Assembly (NCBI GenBank): GCA_039630345.1
Contig: JBCNVD010000009.1
Location: forward strand, 1-51,042
Source: Aquificaceae bacterium
Lineage (GTDB): Bacteria > Aquificota > Aquificia > Aquificales > Aquificaceae
Direction of reading: 5' to 3'
Length of the DNA: 51,042 bases
Made by a program: the position numbers and the translations under genes
Shown here: positions 8,482 through 18,334 of the stretch, in pieces
How positions within the stretch are numbered: position 1 is the first letter of the stretch
Layout of the letters: each line of letters opens with the position of its first letter
Notes under the pieces: model-generated
What the model saw: the letters and a program-made list of their open reading frames with translations, nothing else
What the model was told of the DNA's origin: nothing
The model's database searches: none

Positions 8482-9357
8482 ATGTCAATTTTGGTGGGCA
8501 AAGATACCAGAGTGCTGGTTCAGGGCATTACTGGCAAAGAGGGTTCTTTTCATGCGCTTCAGTGCAGGGCTTATGGCACCCTAGTAGTTGCCGGTGTCAC
8601 CCCCGGCAAGGGAGGTCAGAGCCTTGAAGGGATACCTATCTTTAACAGCGTTTTAGAGGCAAAGGAGCAAACTGGCGCTAACTGCTCGCTTATCTTTGTG
8701 CCTGCAGCTTTTGCGGCTGATGCAATTTTAGAAGCCCTTGATGCGGGCATAAAGCTAGTTATTTGCATCACCGAAGGCATCCCGGTAAAAGATATGCTTC
8801 TGGTTAAGAAAAAGCTAACTTCAGATTACAAAGATGCGATTCTGGTAGGTCCTAACTGCCCCGGGGTTATAACGCCGGGTGAGGCAAAAGTTGGCATAAT
8901 GCCAGGGCATATCTTTAAGCCTGGCAAAGTCGGGATTGTATCAAGGAGTGGGACTTTGACTTACGAAGCTGCAAACCAGCTTAGTCTCCTTGGCATAGGT
9001 CAATCCACCGCCGTTGGCATAGGGGGAGACCCAATCCATGGACTGTCTCACGAGGATGTTATAAAACTCTTTAACGAAGACCCTCAAACTGAGGCGATAT
9101 TGCTAATTGGCGAAATAGGTGGCACAGAAGAGGAAAGAGCCGCGGATTTTATCAAAAACCATGTAAAAAAGCCCGTTTTTGCCTACATAGCTGGCATAAG
9201 CGCACCTGCAGGAAGGCGAATGGGTCACGCAGGCGCTATCATCTCTGGTAATCTTGGCACTGCAGAGGCAAAAATTGCTGCGCTTGAGTCCGCCGGGGCT
9301 TTTGTTATAAAAGACCCGTCGATGATAGGGGTTAGTATCAAAGAGGGGCTTAAATAG
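8482..9357 (+). CDS. sucD: Succinyl-CoA synthetase alpha subunit
   Basis: [41 protein letters not shown]. Confidence 0.94.
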   Translation: MSILVGKDTRVLVQGITGKEGSFHALQCRAYGTLVVAGVTPGKGGQSLEGIPIFNSVLEAKEQTGANCSLIFVPAAFAADAILEALDAGIKLVICITEGIPVKDMLLVKKKLTSDYKDAILVGPNCPGVITPGEAKVGIMPGHIFKPGKVGIVSRSGTLTYEAANQLSLLGIGQSTAVGIGGDPIHGLSHEDVIKLFNEDPQTEAILLIGEIGGTEEERAADFIKNHVKKPVFAYIAGISAPAGRRMGHAGAIISGNLGTAEAKIAALESAGAFVIKDPSMIGVSIKEGLK

Positions 9358-9362
9358 AGATT

Positions 9363-9384
9363 CCGCCCCGAAGGGGCGGGTTTT
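9363..9384. terminator. Intrinsic terminator after sucD
   Basis: CCGCCCC-GAA-GGGGCGG followed by GTTTT. Confidence 0.8.
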
Positions 9385-9607
9385 AGGAAATAAAATCTAA
9401 AGCTTTTTCTGTAAGTGTAAAGCCTTCGTCTTTTTTTAGGATAAAGCCTGCGGATTCGAGCTCTCTAAGAGAAGCCCTTATTTGAAAGAGGGGTCTTTGC
9501 GTTATTGACGCGAGCTCTGCGTCTGTGAGGGTTTTGCCGTTTATGAGTTTTAGCATCTCGATGGCTCTTTGGGTTAACTTGCCGTCTGGCTGGATGCACG
9601 AAGCCAT
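9383..9607 (-). CDS. Small winged-helix protein
   Basis: ELASITQRPLFQIRASLRELESAGFI...FTLTEKA wHTH pattern; ATG overlaps peroxiredoxin stop. Confidence 0.7.
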   Translation of the reverse strand: MASCIQPDGKLTQRAIEMLKLINGKTLTDAELASITQRPLFQIRASLRELESAGFILKKDEGFTLTEKALDFIS

Positions 9608-10278
9608 CACAGTCCCTTTTTGCAGAAATACCAGTCTCTGCACTCGTAGCCTTCCTGGAGTCTTTTGAGTGCGTCTTCGTAGGTTGTAGGTGGTGGGACT
9701 ATTACCTTGGTGTTTTCTTCAGTGTATTCCCATGTTTGAGGGGTTGGGACCCAATCCGCCGGGGTTGCAACGCCGTTTTTATCAGCTGTTTGCAATGCAT
9801 CAACGAGTCTGAGGACTTCTCTCATGTTCCTGCCTGTAGTAAGAGGATAGTAGATAATTGCCCTTATTTTGCCGTTTGGATCTATTACAAACACTGCCCT
9901 GACTGTGGCGGTTGCGCTCTCTCCCGGATGGAGCATGCCATAGAGCCTTGCTACTTTGGCGTCTATGTCCGCAATTATGGGGAAGGGTATGTCAACGCCC
10001 ATCTTTTCCTTTATGTTCATAACCCAGGCTATGTGTGAGAAGTTGCTATCGATACTTAGACCAAGGAGCTGCACGTTGCGCTTTTTAAACTCCTCGTTGA
10101 GCTTGGCAAAGCCCATAAATTCCGTTGTGCAAACGGGCGTAAAGTCAGCGGGGTGGGAGAAAAATACCACCCATTGACCTTTAAAGTCATCGGGAAACTT
10201 TATGTTTCCCATTGTAGTTTGGGCTTCGAAGCAAGGCGCTTCGTCTCCGATGCGTGGCATGCTGATTTCTCTTTCCAT
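9607..10278 (-). CDS. Peroxiredoxin (Prx6/TDXH type)
   Basis: [23 protein letters not shown]-terminal CRDWYFC; SD AAGGAGGT. Confidence 0.94.
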   Translation of the reverse strand: MEREISMPRIGDEAPCFEAQTTMGNIKFPDDFKGQWVVFFSHPADFTPVCTTEFMGFAKLNEEFKKRNVQLLGLSIDSNFSHIAWVMNIKEKMGVDIPFPIIADIDAKVARLYGMLHPGESATATVRAVFVIDPNGKIRAIIYYPLTTGRNMREVLRLVDALQTADKNGVATPADWVPTPQTWEYTEENTKVIVPPPTTYEDALKRLQEGYECRDWYFCKKGL

Positions 10279-10298
10279 GATAACCTCCTTTGGGTTAT

Positions 10299-10343
10299 AT
10301 TTTAGCACTAACAATAATATTTGTCAAATGAGAACAATTCTCT
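10299..10343 (-). promoter_or_regulatory. Sigma70 promoter of peroxiredoxin with adjacent Fur/PerR-like box
   Basis: TTGACA (10327-10322), 17 bp, TAAAAT (10304-10299); TGAGAAC-A-ATTCTCT at 10329-10343. Confidence 0.7.
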
Positions 10344-10441
10344 TTAAGAGATTTAGAATCTTATTATGGCTTATACTACCATTAAGAGATTTTTGAGTTT
10401 GTATCAACAGAGCAGCTAAAATTACGCTTCAGGAGGTGAAT

Positions 10442-10924
10442 ATGAATAAACTGACTGCTATCACCCTCCTGAGTATGGGTATCGGTAGTGCCAGCGCGAT
10501 ATTTATGGATGATAGCTATGCAAAGATGCTATGTGATGCATGGAACAAAACGCCACAGCTCGTTGACAATCTGGGTAAAAGTGAAAGCTGGACTCAGGTA
10601 CCAGAGCGTAAACTCTTCCTCTATCGCGAGGATTGTCCAAATTCCAGACAAATTCAGCTGACTATAAAGAATGAAGACTCCAAGGCAAAGTGTGTTTATG
10701 GCGGTTTTGCCAAAGACCAGCGTTCTAAAGATGACTTTTTGCTGTATGCCCAGACATCCCGATGGCTTGAGATGGGTGCCAAAGCGTATGGTCCTATGAA
10801 AGCAATGATGACAAACAGATTGAAGTTCGAGGGTCCCAGAGGGGTGGCGATGAAAAACATGGCACCTTTTGAGGCTTTTCTTGACCTTATAGACCAGCAA
10901 TCAGACAGCTCTAAGTGCCCTTGA
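10442..10924 (+). CDS. Exported SCP2 sterol-binding-like domain protein
   Basis: Signal peptide, CDAWN, PMKAMMTNRLKFEG (SCP2-like C-terminus), 4 Cys; SD AGGAGGT. Confidence 0.7.
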   Translation: MNKLTAITLLSMGIGSASAIFMDDSYAKMLCDAWNKTPQLVDNLGKSESWTQVPERKLFLYREDCPNSRQIQLTIKNEDSKAKCVYGGFAKDQRSKDDFLLYAQTSRWLEMGAKAYGPMKAMMTNRLKFEGPRGVAMKNMAPFEAFLDLIDQQSDSSKCP

Positions 10925-11528
10925 TTGCGCTGAGAATCTGGGGGTTTATTGCCTCCGGGTTTTTTAAAAATTCTTCTCTCTTTAGCTTGCTGGCTTTATA
11001 TATTGCAACCAGGTCATCAGAACATCTGTTTATGTTGTCATTTATTACTATGTAGTCAAATTCTAAAAGAGCAGAGATTTCTTTTTTTATGTTTTTTATT
11101 CTCTCTTCCTGGTTTTCGTCCTTTGAGTTTCTTGCTTTTATTCTTTCTAAAAGCACATCAATGCTGGGAGGCAGTAAGAATATACTAACAGAAGTTTGAA
11201 ATAGTTTCTTTATCGACCTTGCGCCCTGGACATCTATAACCAGCAAAGAGTCTAGACCTTCATTTTCATTTAATTCTATCTGGTCCTTTGGGGTGCCATA
11301 AAGATTGCCATAAACTTCTGCATACTCCAAGAATTTTCCTTCTCTAAGCCTATTTAGAAATTCTTCTCTGCTTATGAAGATATAGTCCTTCCCGTTTTCC
11401 TCTCCCTGTCTTGGTTTGCGAGTAGTAACTGTTACAATCCGCCTTATAGTATTGACTTTTTTTAAAAATTCGTTGCTAACGGTTGTCTTTCCTGCTCCAG
11501 AGGGTGCCGATAGAATATATATACTCAT
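10911..11528 (-). CDS. gmk: Guanylate kinase
   Basis: SAPSGAGKTT, TTRKPRQGE..G.DY.F, YGNLYGT, IDVQGA. Confidence 0.96.
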   Translation of the reverse strand: MSIYILSAPSGAGKTTVSNEFLKKVNTIRRIVTVTTRKPRQGEENGKDYIFISREEFLNRLREGKFLEYAEVYGNLYGTPKDQIELNENEGLDSLLVIDVQGARSIKKLFQTSVSIFLLPPSIDVLLERIKARNSKDENQEERIKNIKKEISALLEFDYIVINDNINRCSDDLVAIYKASKLKREEFLKNPEAINPQILSAIKGT

Positions 11529-13111
11529 AAAGACACTTGAGTTATCTCAATGAGATTTGGCAATTTCTCAAGTTCTCTTAAGACACTATCCGGCGCTGGT
11601 TCATCAAGAGTTAAAATCCCCAGCGCAATACCACCTGGTTTTTGCCTGCCTAAGCGAAATCCTGCTATGTTGATCCCTGCTTTACCAAGGATTGTCCCAA
11701 CTGACCCTATAACCCCTGGCACATCTCTGTTTTCAAAACAGAGCAAAGTCCCCGCTGGTTCTAGGTCGACCCGGTAGTTATCAATCTGAACAATTCTAAG
11801 GAGATGTCCTTCAAGCACTGTGCCTACTATTATTTTATTGCTGGTTTTTGATCTGAGTTTTATCAAACCTCTGTAGTCTCCTGAAGATTCCTCTTTGCGA
11901 AGATTTAGATTTATCCCCATATCTTTTGCCACATATCCTGCGTTGATTATGTTTATGGGAAATTCAACCATATCTTCTAAGAGCCCAGAAAGGACTGAAG
12001 AAGCGAGCGCTTCTGCGTAGTTTATAAATTCACCTCTGACCTCTATTTCTAGCTCTTTTAGATTTTGTTTAGCCCATTGATGGAAGAATTTACCCATCCT
12101 GCGAGCAAGGTCGATGTGAGGTTTTGCAAGGCTGAGTGCAGACAGGTCAGGAAATGGGGCATTTACAAGATATTCAGGTGTTTGACCCCTTAAGGCTTTC
12201 AGGACTTGCTGAACCACGACTATACCCACATTCTCCTGTGATTCATAGGTGTTTGCGCCAATATGTGGAGAGAGCGAGACATTCTCGAATTTCTTTATCC
12301 TCTCTATAAATTCCTGCTTTGGCGGTTCTATAGAAAATACATCAAGTCCAACACCGGCCAGTTTTTTGCTTTCCAGAGCTTTTATTAAATCCTCGTCGTT
12401 TACTATTCCGCCTCTGGCGCAATTTATTAAAATTGCACCACTTTTCATTAGATTAAACTCTCTTTCGGTTATCATATTTCTGGTCTCATGAGTAAGTGGT
12501 GCGTGGATGGTTAGAATATCAACTATTTTCAGCATCTCCTCAAGAGAGGAGAGTCTGACTACTCCAAGGCGCTCTGCTTTTTCGTCCGGTATGTAAGGGT
12601 CATATGTATAAACATCCATACCAAAAGCCTTGGCTCTGATTGCTACCTGAGAGCCGATGTTTCCAAGTCCTATAATGCCAAGGGTTTTTCCATAGAGTTC
12701 GTTTCCCATCAGGTATTTTCTCTCCCACTTGCCCTCTATAAGACTCTGATGGGCTCTGTGGGTTTGTCTTAAGACATTTAACATATGGGCTATTGTGAGC
12801 TCTGTTGCACCTATGGTGTTTGCTCCGGGGGTATTTACAACAAGCACCCCTTTTAGCGTTGCAAATTCTATATCTACATTATCCACTCCAACTCCTGCCC
12901 TTCCAACTACGCGTAAAGAGCTAGCGCGCTCAAGGAGCTCTCTATTAACAGGCGTTCTGCTTCTTGTTATGATGCAATCAAAGTCCGGGACTATGTTAAG
13001 GAGCTCTTCAAAAGATATGTCTGGCAGGTTAGTGAGTTTTATATCTTCCTGTCTTTCCAGAAGTTCAATCGCTCGCTGCGAGATAGGGTCAGTTATAAGA
13101 ACTCTATACAT
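11525..13111 (-). CDS. serA: D-3-phosphoglycerate dehydrogenase
   Basis: [29 protein letters not shown]-terminal ACT domain DVPGVIG; start trimmed to 13111. Confidence 0.95.
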   Translation of the reverse strand: MYRVLITDPISQRAIELLERQEDIKLTNLPDISFEELLNIVPDFDCIITRSRTPVNRELLERASSLRVVGRAGVGVDNVDIEFATLKGVLVVNTPGANTIGATELTIAHMLNVLRQTHRAHQSLIEGKWERKYLMGNELYGKTLGIIGLGNIGSQVAIRAKAFGMDVYTYDPYIPDEKAERLGVVRLSSLEEMLKIVDILTIHAPLTHETRNMITEREFNLMKSGAILINCARGGIVNDEDLIKALESKKLAGVGLDVFSIEPPKQEFIERIKKFENVSLSPHIGANTYESQENVGIVVVQQVLKALRGQTPEYLVNAPFPDLSALSLAKPHIDLARRMGKFFHQWAKQNLKELEIEVRGEFINYAEALASSVLSGLLEDMVEFPINIINAGYVAKDMGINLNLRKEESSGDYRGLIKLRSKTSNKIIVGTVLEGHLLRIVQIDNYRVDLEPAGTLLCFENRDVPGVIGSVGTILGKAGINIAGFRLGRQKPGGIALGILTLDEPAPDSVLRELEKLPNLIEITQVSL

Positions 13112-13146
13112 AATGATATGATAATACATACGGGAGGTGCCAGGCT

Positions 13147-13884
13147 ATGGAGGTTCTTGAAGCTAGTTGGCAGGTCTTTAAGAGAAATATAGTTTTTTAT
13201 GTGATTTATTCTGTTGTTTATGTTCTACTTCTTGCACTAACACTTTTGCCCGTTCTGGGGCTTTTTGTTAGCATCTTTTTATCTATTTACGGCTTTGCCG
13301 GGGTTTTATACATTTCTTATACTTATTTTCTTGAAAACAGAGAAGATATACAGCTTGAATTTGCGAGCATAAAGGACTATCTTGTGCCTTCAGCTGGTAT
13401 GTATCTTGGTGTGTTAGTTTTGACGCTTTTGTCAATGTCAGTTTTCTTTTTGCTTATACTGTTATTTGGTGGAATTGGTTTCCTCGGTGATTTCATGAGA
13501 GGTCAGAAGGAGGGCGGTCTTGGCCTCATTTTGGCAATGACGATACTGGTAATTTTTATGCTTTTGGTAGCTTTATACTACCTTTATTCAATCCCGGCGA
13601 ATATCGCAAAAGCGCTTGCTGACGGTCTTAGTTTCGAGCGCTCTTTTCTTGCTCGCTTTTACCCCTTTACCCCTTCTGGAGTGAAAGATTTGATGTCTGG
13701 TGATTATTTAAAGCTTGGTCTTTTATGGTCGTTGATCGTAAGTGTTCTTGGGTTGTTAGGGGTTATCCTCCTCATTCTTATTATCACTATACCCTTAGCT
13801 GCTTTGATAATGTGCTTTATTATGACCTACACTGCCATGGTTGGCGCCAGCTTCGCTCCAAAACTCAAACAAGCTACAACTTAG
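13147..13884 (+). CDS. Hypothetical multi-pass membrane protein
   Basis: About 5-6 hydrophobic helices; SD GGAGGT. Confidence 0.75.
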   Translation: MEVLEASWQVFKRNIVFYVIYSVVYVLLLALTLLPVLGLFVSIFLSIYGFAGVLYISYTYFLENREDIQLEFASIKDYLVPSAGMYLGVLVLTLLSMSVFFLLILLFGGIGFLGDFMRGQKEGGLGLILAMTILVIFMLLVALYYLYSIPANIAKALADGLSFERSFLARFYPFTPSGVKDLMSGDYLKLGLLWSLIVSVLGLLGVILLILIITIPLAALIMCFIMTYTAMVGASFAPKLKQATT

Positions 13885-14588
13885 AGCTCTAATTTTATTG
13901 CTGATTGCTTTGTTGGCGGGTGATGACTAAGCATCTGAAGAGAAAAAGCAAGATTGTCATATAAGGTGATTGAGTAGTTATCCCAGAAAACACATGTGCC
14001 AGCAAGACAAAAGTATCCCCCGCTTTGGGAAGCTATATGCTCTGCTATTAAAAGGGTGTAATTGCCCTGATTTGAAATGGCACTATCTTCTGCTCTTGCA
14101 ACTATTTTGATATCTGGCATCAGAGGTTTTATGCTTGCACAGCAAGGGAGCAATATACTCTTTACGCTAACTTTGTTTTTTTCGTCCTTGTTGTAGCGTC
14201 TTATTTTACTCGTTACTATAAAGTATGGTTCGTTGTTGTGGTTTGATTTGTCGTCTGTAACCTCGTCAGAGTTTAGCTCCATACCAAAAGCCCTTGCCAG
14301 AGTGTTGCAATTATTTGCAATGTTGTCTTCGTTTTTGTAATATCCAAGAAGAATAACTTTTTTGCCAAGCTCGTAGACCCATCTTTCTACATCTTTGACC
14401 TCTCTTTCGCTAAAGGGCATTTCAGGGTAGTTAAAAACTATGGTGCTATAGTTTTCAAGGCTTTTCCAGTCTGATACTTCTTCTATCAGGATGTTTTGTC
14501 TGGATGCTTCTTTCTGGAGTATACTAAAGTAATAATAGTCTGTGATGGTAAATTCCTGATGGGTTATGCTCCAGCCTACCCTTACCAT
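13881..14588 (-). CDS. Hypothetical protein, probable GIFT/DUF4350-like (class I glutamine amidotransferase-like) fold
   Basis: YPE.PFSE.E..DVE.WV..GK.VILLG, LARAFGMELNSDEV, DNLAF. Confidence 0.55.
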   Translation of the reverse strand: MVRVGWSITHQEFTITDYYYFSILQKEASRQNILIEEVSDWKSLENYSTIVFNYPEMPFSEREVKDVERWVYELGKKVILLGYYKNEDNIANNCNTLARAFGMELNSDEVTDDKSNHNNEPYFIVTSKIRRYNKDEKNKVSVKSILLPCCASIKPLMPDIKIVARAEDSAISNQGNYTLLIAEHIASQSGGYFCLAGTCVFWDNYSITLYDNLAFSLQMLSHHPPTKQSAIKLEL

Positions 14589-14602
14589 AGATTCATATTA
14601 AC

Positions 14603-15337
14603 ATGCTAATAGCTCTTATGACCGATTTTTCCTCTAAAGACGGGTATGTAGGTGCTGTAAAGGCGGTCATTTTAAGTATAAACCCTTTGGCTAAAATTGT
14701 GGATATAACGCACGAAATTGAGCCTTTTAATATAAAAGAGGGCGCTTTTTTGCTGTGGGCGCATTTAAATTACTTTCCTGAAAACTCAATCTTTATGACG
14801 GTGGTAGACCCGGGAGTAGGAACTTCCAGAAGACCAATTTGCGTAAGTTGTGGTAATTATACATTTGTAGCCCCTGACAATGGGCTTATAGATAGTGCGG
14901 TAGACTCTCTTGGTTTAAATTTTGACGCTTATTTAATAGAGCGATTTAAGCCTGCAAGTAACACATTCCATGCAAGAGATATATTTGCTAAAGCAGCTGC
15001 TTATTTAAGCCTTGGTCAAAGTCCTTCCTCACTTGGTTCAAAAATTGAGTGGAAGCCCAGCTTTAAATTACCAAAACCTTATATAGATGGTAAAACTTTA
15101 ATTGGCGAAGTTGTCTACTTTGACCGCTTTGGCAACTGCATAACAAACATCCCCTGCGGCAACTACAGCGGGGGAATTTTCCGCAATATGAGACTAAAAT
15201 TCGTTCAAAACTACAAAAGCTCACTTGAGCCTGCTCTTATATGCTCAAGTTTTAACCTGGTTGAGTTATTTATCTACGCAAAGAGTGCAAAAGAAGAGCT
15301 TGATGTGAAACTCGGCGAGAAAATTCAGGTGTTTTAA
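14603..15337 (+). CDS. SAM hydroxide adenosyltransferase / halogenase family (DUF62)
   Basis: LMTDF, DITH, VVDPGVGTSR, APDNG, NTFHARDIF, DRFGN.ITN. Confidence 0.93.
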   Translation: MLIALMTDFSSKDGYVGAVKAVILSINPLAKIVDITHEIEPFNIKEGAFLLWAHLNYFPENSIFMTVVDPGVGTSRRPICVSCGNYTFVAPDNGLIDSAVDSLGLNFDAYLIERFKPASNTFHARDIFAKAAAYLSLGQSPSSLGSKIEWKPSFKLPKPYIDGKTLIGEVVYFDRFGNCITNIPCGNYSGGIFRNMRLKFVQNYKSSLEPALICSSFNLVELFIYAKSAKEELDVKLGEKIQVF

Positions 15338-16077
15338 AGCGCACTGAGCAGTTTTGCAGTGTATGGATGCTCGGGGTTTTTCAACACTTTACCTGCAGGG
15401 CCTTCTTCGACAATCTGACCGTCTTTCATTATCCCGACCCTGTCGCTGACTGCGAGCGCAACTTCAGGGTCGTGAGTTACAATCAAAACCGACTTTCCGT
15501 CTTTTGATAGACTCTTAAAGAGGTTAAGTATCTTTATCTGCAAAGTTGCGTCAAGGGCAGTGGTTGGTTCATCTGCAAGAATCAGCTCCGGATCACACAC
15601 TATTGCCATTGCGATAAAGGCTCTTTGTCTTTGTCCGCCTGAAAGCTGATGCGGATAGCTATTAAAAACCTTCAGAGGCTCTTTTAAACCTGCTCTTTCC
15701 AGAGCTTTTAGAGCCTTATCTCTTGCCCCATTTTTGCCAAAGTGAGAGATGTATGTTTCCTCTATCTGAGTGCCCACTTTATAAAGAGGGTCAAAGTATA
15801 AAGAAGGCTCTTGAAAAACCATGGAAATTTTAGAGCCTCTTATTTGCCTAAGGTCCTTTTCTGAAAGTTTGGTAAGCTCTAGATCTTTAAACTTTATAGA
15901 GCCTTCCAATCTGGCGCTTTTTAAAAGCCCAAGCACGCTATATAAAAGCGTGCTCTTGCCACTGCCTGATTCGCCCATAAGGCAAAAAATTTCGCCCTGA
16001 TTGATTTCAAGATTCACCCCCTTTAGCGCTTTAAAGTCCCCAAAGCTTACGCTCAGGTTTTCAATCTTTAGAATCAT
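15334..16077 (-). CDS. Peptide/nickel ABC transporter ATP-binding protein (DppD-like)
   Basis: [34 protein letters not shown]. Confidence 0.9.
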   Translation of the reverse strand: MILKIENLSVSFGDFKALKGVNLEINQGEIFCLMGESGSGKSTLLYSVLGLLKSARLEGSIKFKDLELTKLSEKDLRQIRGSKISMVFQEPSLYFDPLYKVGTQIEETYISHFGKNGARDKALKALERAGLKEPLKVFNSYPHQLSGGQRQRAFIAMAIVCDPELILADEPTTALDATLQIKILNLFKSLSKDGKSVLIVTHDPEVALAVSDRVGIMKDGQIVEEGPAGKVLKNPEHPYTAKLLSAL

Positions 16078-16570
16078 TCCAGAGAGAGTCAAAGATGGGC
16101 TTTAAGCGATCATACAGCTCTTCAAGGGATTGGGATATTACCTTGGTTTTGCCAATTGAGGTCATGAAGTTGGTATCGCCGTTCCATCTTGGGACGCAGT
16201 GCATGTGAATGTGTGAATCAAGTCCCGCTCCTGCGGAGCGACCTATGTTATAACCGACATTAAACCCGTGTGGTGATAGGCACATACTCAGAGCTTTGAT
16301 TGAGATCTTCAGAAGTCTATGCATCTCAAGCGCGGTTTCTTCATCTATTAGTTCATACTGACCTATGTGTTCGTTTGGGACTATCATCAAATGCCCTGCG
16401 TTGTAAGGATAGAGGTTAAATATCACGAAAGAGCGCTTTGCTCTTAAAAGCACAAGGTTTTTTCTATCTTCCTGAATGGGTGCATTTATAGCATCGCAGA
16501 GAAAACAGCCTGAGCTTTTGCCAACGCTTTCGACATAAGAACTCCGCCACGGGGCAAAGAGGTATTTCAA
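16061..16570 (-). CDS. HIT family hydrolase
   Basis: APWR, CFLC, NLYPYNAGHLM, HIHMH..PRW.GDTNF; TTG start. Confidence 0.92.
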   Translation of the reverse strand: MKYLFAPWRSSYVESVGKSSGCFLCDAINAPIQEDRKNLVLLRAKRSFVIFNLYPYNAGHLMIVPNEHIGQYELIDEETALEMHRLLKISIKALSMCLSPHGFNVGYNIGRSAGAGLDSHIHMHCVPRWNGDTNFMTSIGKTKVISQSLEELYDRLKPIFDSLWNDSKD

Positions 16571-16896
16571 AGTCTTAAAAGCCTCCTTATTGCTCTTTCT
16601 ACATCCGCCTCGTTTGGAATATAATCGTGGCGCTCAAGCTCCATACTGTCACGGAAATACAAAACCGTGGGGAAGGTAAAAATCCCAAGGTCTTCAGCGC
16701 TGGTGTTTTTAGTGCAATCAATTTGATAGAACTTTACCTTGTCTCCGTAAAGGCGCTGATACTTTAATAACACCCCTTCCAGCTTTTGGTTTTTGTCGCT
16801 ATTTGGGACATAAAAAACTATCACGCTAGGCATTTGGCCCGCAATGGCATTTTCGTAGATGTTTTTGTCTTCCAGCTCTTCAAACCCTTCAAACAT
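16567..16896 (-). CDS. Thioredoxin-fold protein lacking CxxC
   Basis: VIVFY, KVKFYQID, LGIFTFPTVLYF (cis-Pro loop); promoter TTGACA-17-TAAAAG ends 7 nt before ATG. Confidence 0.75.
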   Translation of the reverse strand: MFEGFEELEDKNIYENAIAGQMPSVIVFYVPNSDKNQKLEGVLLKYQRLYGDKVKFYQIDCTKNTSAEDLGIFTFPTVLYFRDSMELERHDYIPNEADVERAIRRLLRL

Positions 16897-17005
16897 CAAA
16901 AAACTTTTACTAAATAAAACGCTTTCTGTCAATTGAAGACGACTCTATACTGGCTGTAATAAAAACGCTTCAAAAATTCAAAAGTTGGCATGTTAATAAT
17001 CGATT

Positions 17006-17884
17006 ATGAAAAGTACAAGCTTAACACTCCTGTTCCTAAGTGCTTGCTTTGCGGTTGAAAATAGATTTGGTATAGGCGGTGCGCTCTTTTTTGGAAAGAG
17101 CAATCTATCGACCTCCTCCAGCACAGCTTTGAATGACCTTGGAAAGCCAGACGATAGCTTTTTAAAAGCTCTTCCTCTGATAGACCTTAATCTAAACCTC
17201 CCAACTGGCTACGGGACTGCTTTTTTACGCTCTGGCGTAGGCGAAGGACCGTCATTGCAGGCAGGCATCAGGGGCGAAAGCCTTGAATTATATGCGGGCG
17301 TATCCCCAATCAGGAGGGTCTGGAAAGATCCATATCTGCAACGCGCTTTACGCACAAAAACCAGAGCCCCGCAATACGAAGCGGGACTCTCTTATAGAGA
17401 GGAAAAATACCTAATTAGCCTCAGGGGAATATACACGGATGTCAGAGAAGACCTCATCAAAGAGCGCCATCCAGAACTTGCAAGGGACAATGTAACTTTA
17501 GAGCTCGGGTTTAAATACTTTACAAAAGCAGGAGATTTCTCCATATCGCCCGGGGCAATAATCTCTCGCTCTTTTGCAGACGGCAGTGCAAACTCTTACC
17601 TCCTTGGCGGATTGTCGCTTGACGCCATTTACAGGGCTAAATCTTATCAATACGGCGTTTCAATCTTTGCACAGCAAAGGTTCTATGACTCACAAGACCC
17701 TATTTTTACAAAAACCAGGCGTGACAATGTAGCGGGACTTAATCTAACTTACAGGATACTTAACTTCCCTGCCAGAGGATTTTACCTATCGACAGTTGCG
17801 GGAATCTCCTTTGATAACTCAAACATAGGCTTTTACGAAGCTCAGAGAGGTTTTCTTGGGGCTATTTTAGGCTATAGGTGGTAG
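17006..17884 (+). CDS. Outer-membrane beta-barrel protein (DUF2860-like)
   Basis: Signal peptide, VWKDPY..RTKT, DPIF.KTR, SNIGFY, aromatic C-terminus GYRW. Confidence 0.7.
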   Translation: MKSTSLTLLFLSACFAVENRFGIGGALFFGKSNLSTSSSTALNDLGKPDDSFLKALPLIDLNLNLPTGYGTAFLRSGVGEGPSLQAGIRGESLELYAGVSPIRRVWKDPYLQRALRTKTRAPQYEAGLSYREEKYLISLRGIYTDVREDLIKERHPELARDNVTLELGFKYFTKAGDFSISPGAIISRSFADGSANSYLLGGLSLDAIYRAKSYQYGVSIFAQQRFYDSQDPIFTKTRRDNVAGLNLTYRILNFPARGFYLSTVAGISFDNSNIGFYEAQRGFLGAILGYRW

Positions 17885-18334
17885 CTACTTTTCAAATTTA
17901 AAATAGACTCTAAAGCTATCAGATAGGCGATATCTGGATATAACGAGCTTTGGTCTTAGCTTCTGAGGAATGCTCTGATAGAGCTCAGTTTCGCAAATTG
18001 CAGGCATTACATCAAAGCAGACACTTTCATTGGATTTTTCAAACCCATCTGGTAAGAATTTAAGACTAGAGGGTGTTAGGACTTTTAAACAAACTATTTG
18101 TCGACCTGTTTCTGATTCTTTGTAAACTCTACTTTCAAGCGGTGCGAGTCTTATTTCGAACCTTTTACTGCCCAGAAAGCCCCTTTTTTTACCGCTTAGT
18201 TTAAGAAAACTCTCTGAGAGCTCTATTTCGAGCCCTTTAAAGACTTTTGAGAGGTTTTCTCTATTTAGCAAAAACTCTATTTCTTTATCAAGAAGGTGGG
18301 AAAAATTAAGCAAGTCTTCAACGAACAGACCCAT
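17885..18334 (-). CDS. Hypothetical protein
   Basis: 149-aa ORF overlapping the MATE stop in the same-strand run. Confidence 0.65.
   Translation of the reverse strand: MGLFVEDLLNFSHLLDKEIEFLLNRENLSKVFKGLEIELSESFLKLSGKKRGFLGSKRFEIRLAPLESRVYKESETGRQIVCLKVLTPSSLKFLPDGFEKSNESVCFDVMPAICETELYQSIPQKLRPKLVISRYRLSDSFRVYFKFEK

Noticed and set aside
7212..8501. Calling this ORF sucC with start at 8501
   Set aside because: Motifs match CcsA; the extension overlaps sucD and the family N-terminus MNLYEYE starts at 8438
16913..16970. Imperfect direct repeat AATAAAA(A)CGCTT, two copies
   Set aside because: Short, AT-rich and only two copies; could be a regulator site but unsupported
16985..17002. Sigma54 promoter TTGGCA...
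   Set aside because: No -12 TTGC element at the required spacing
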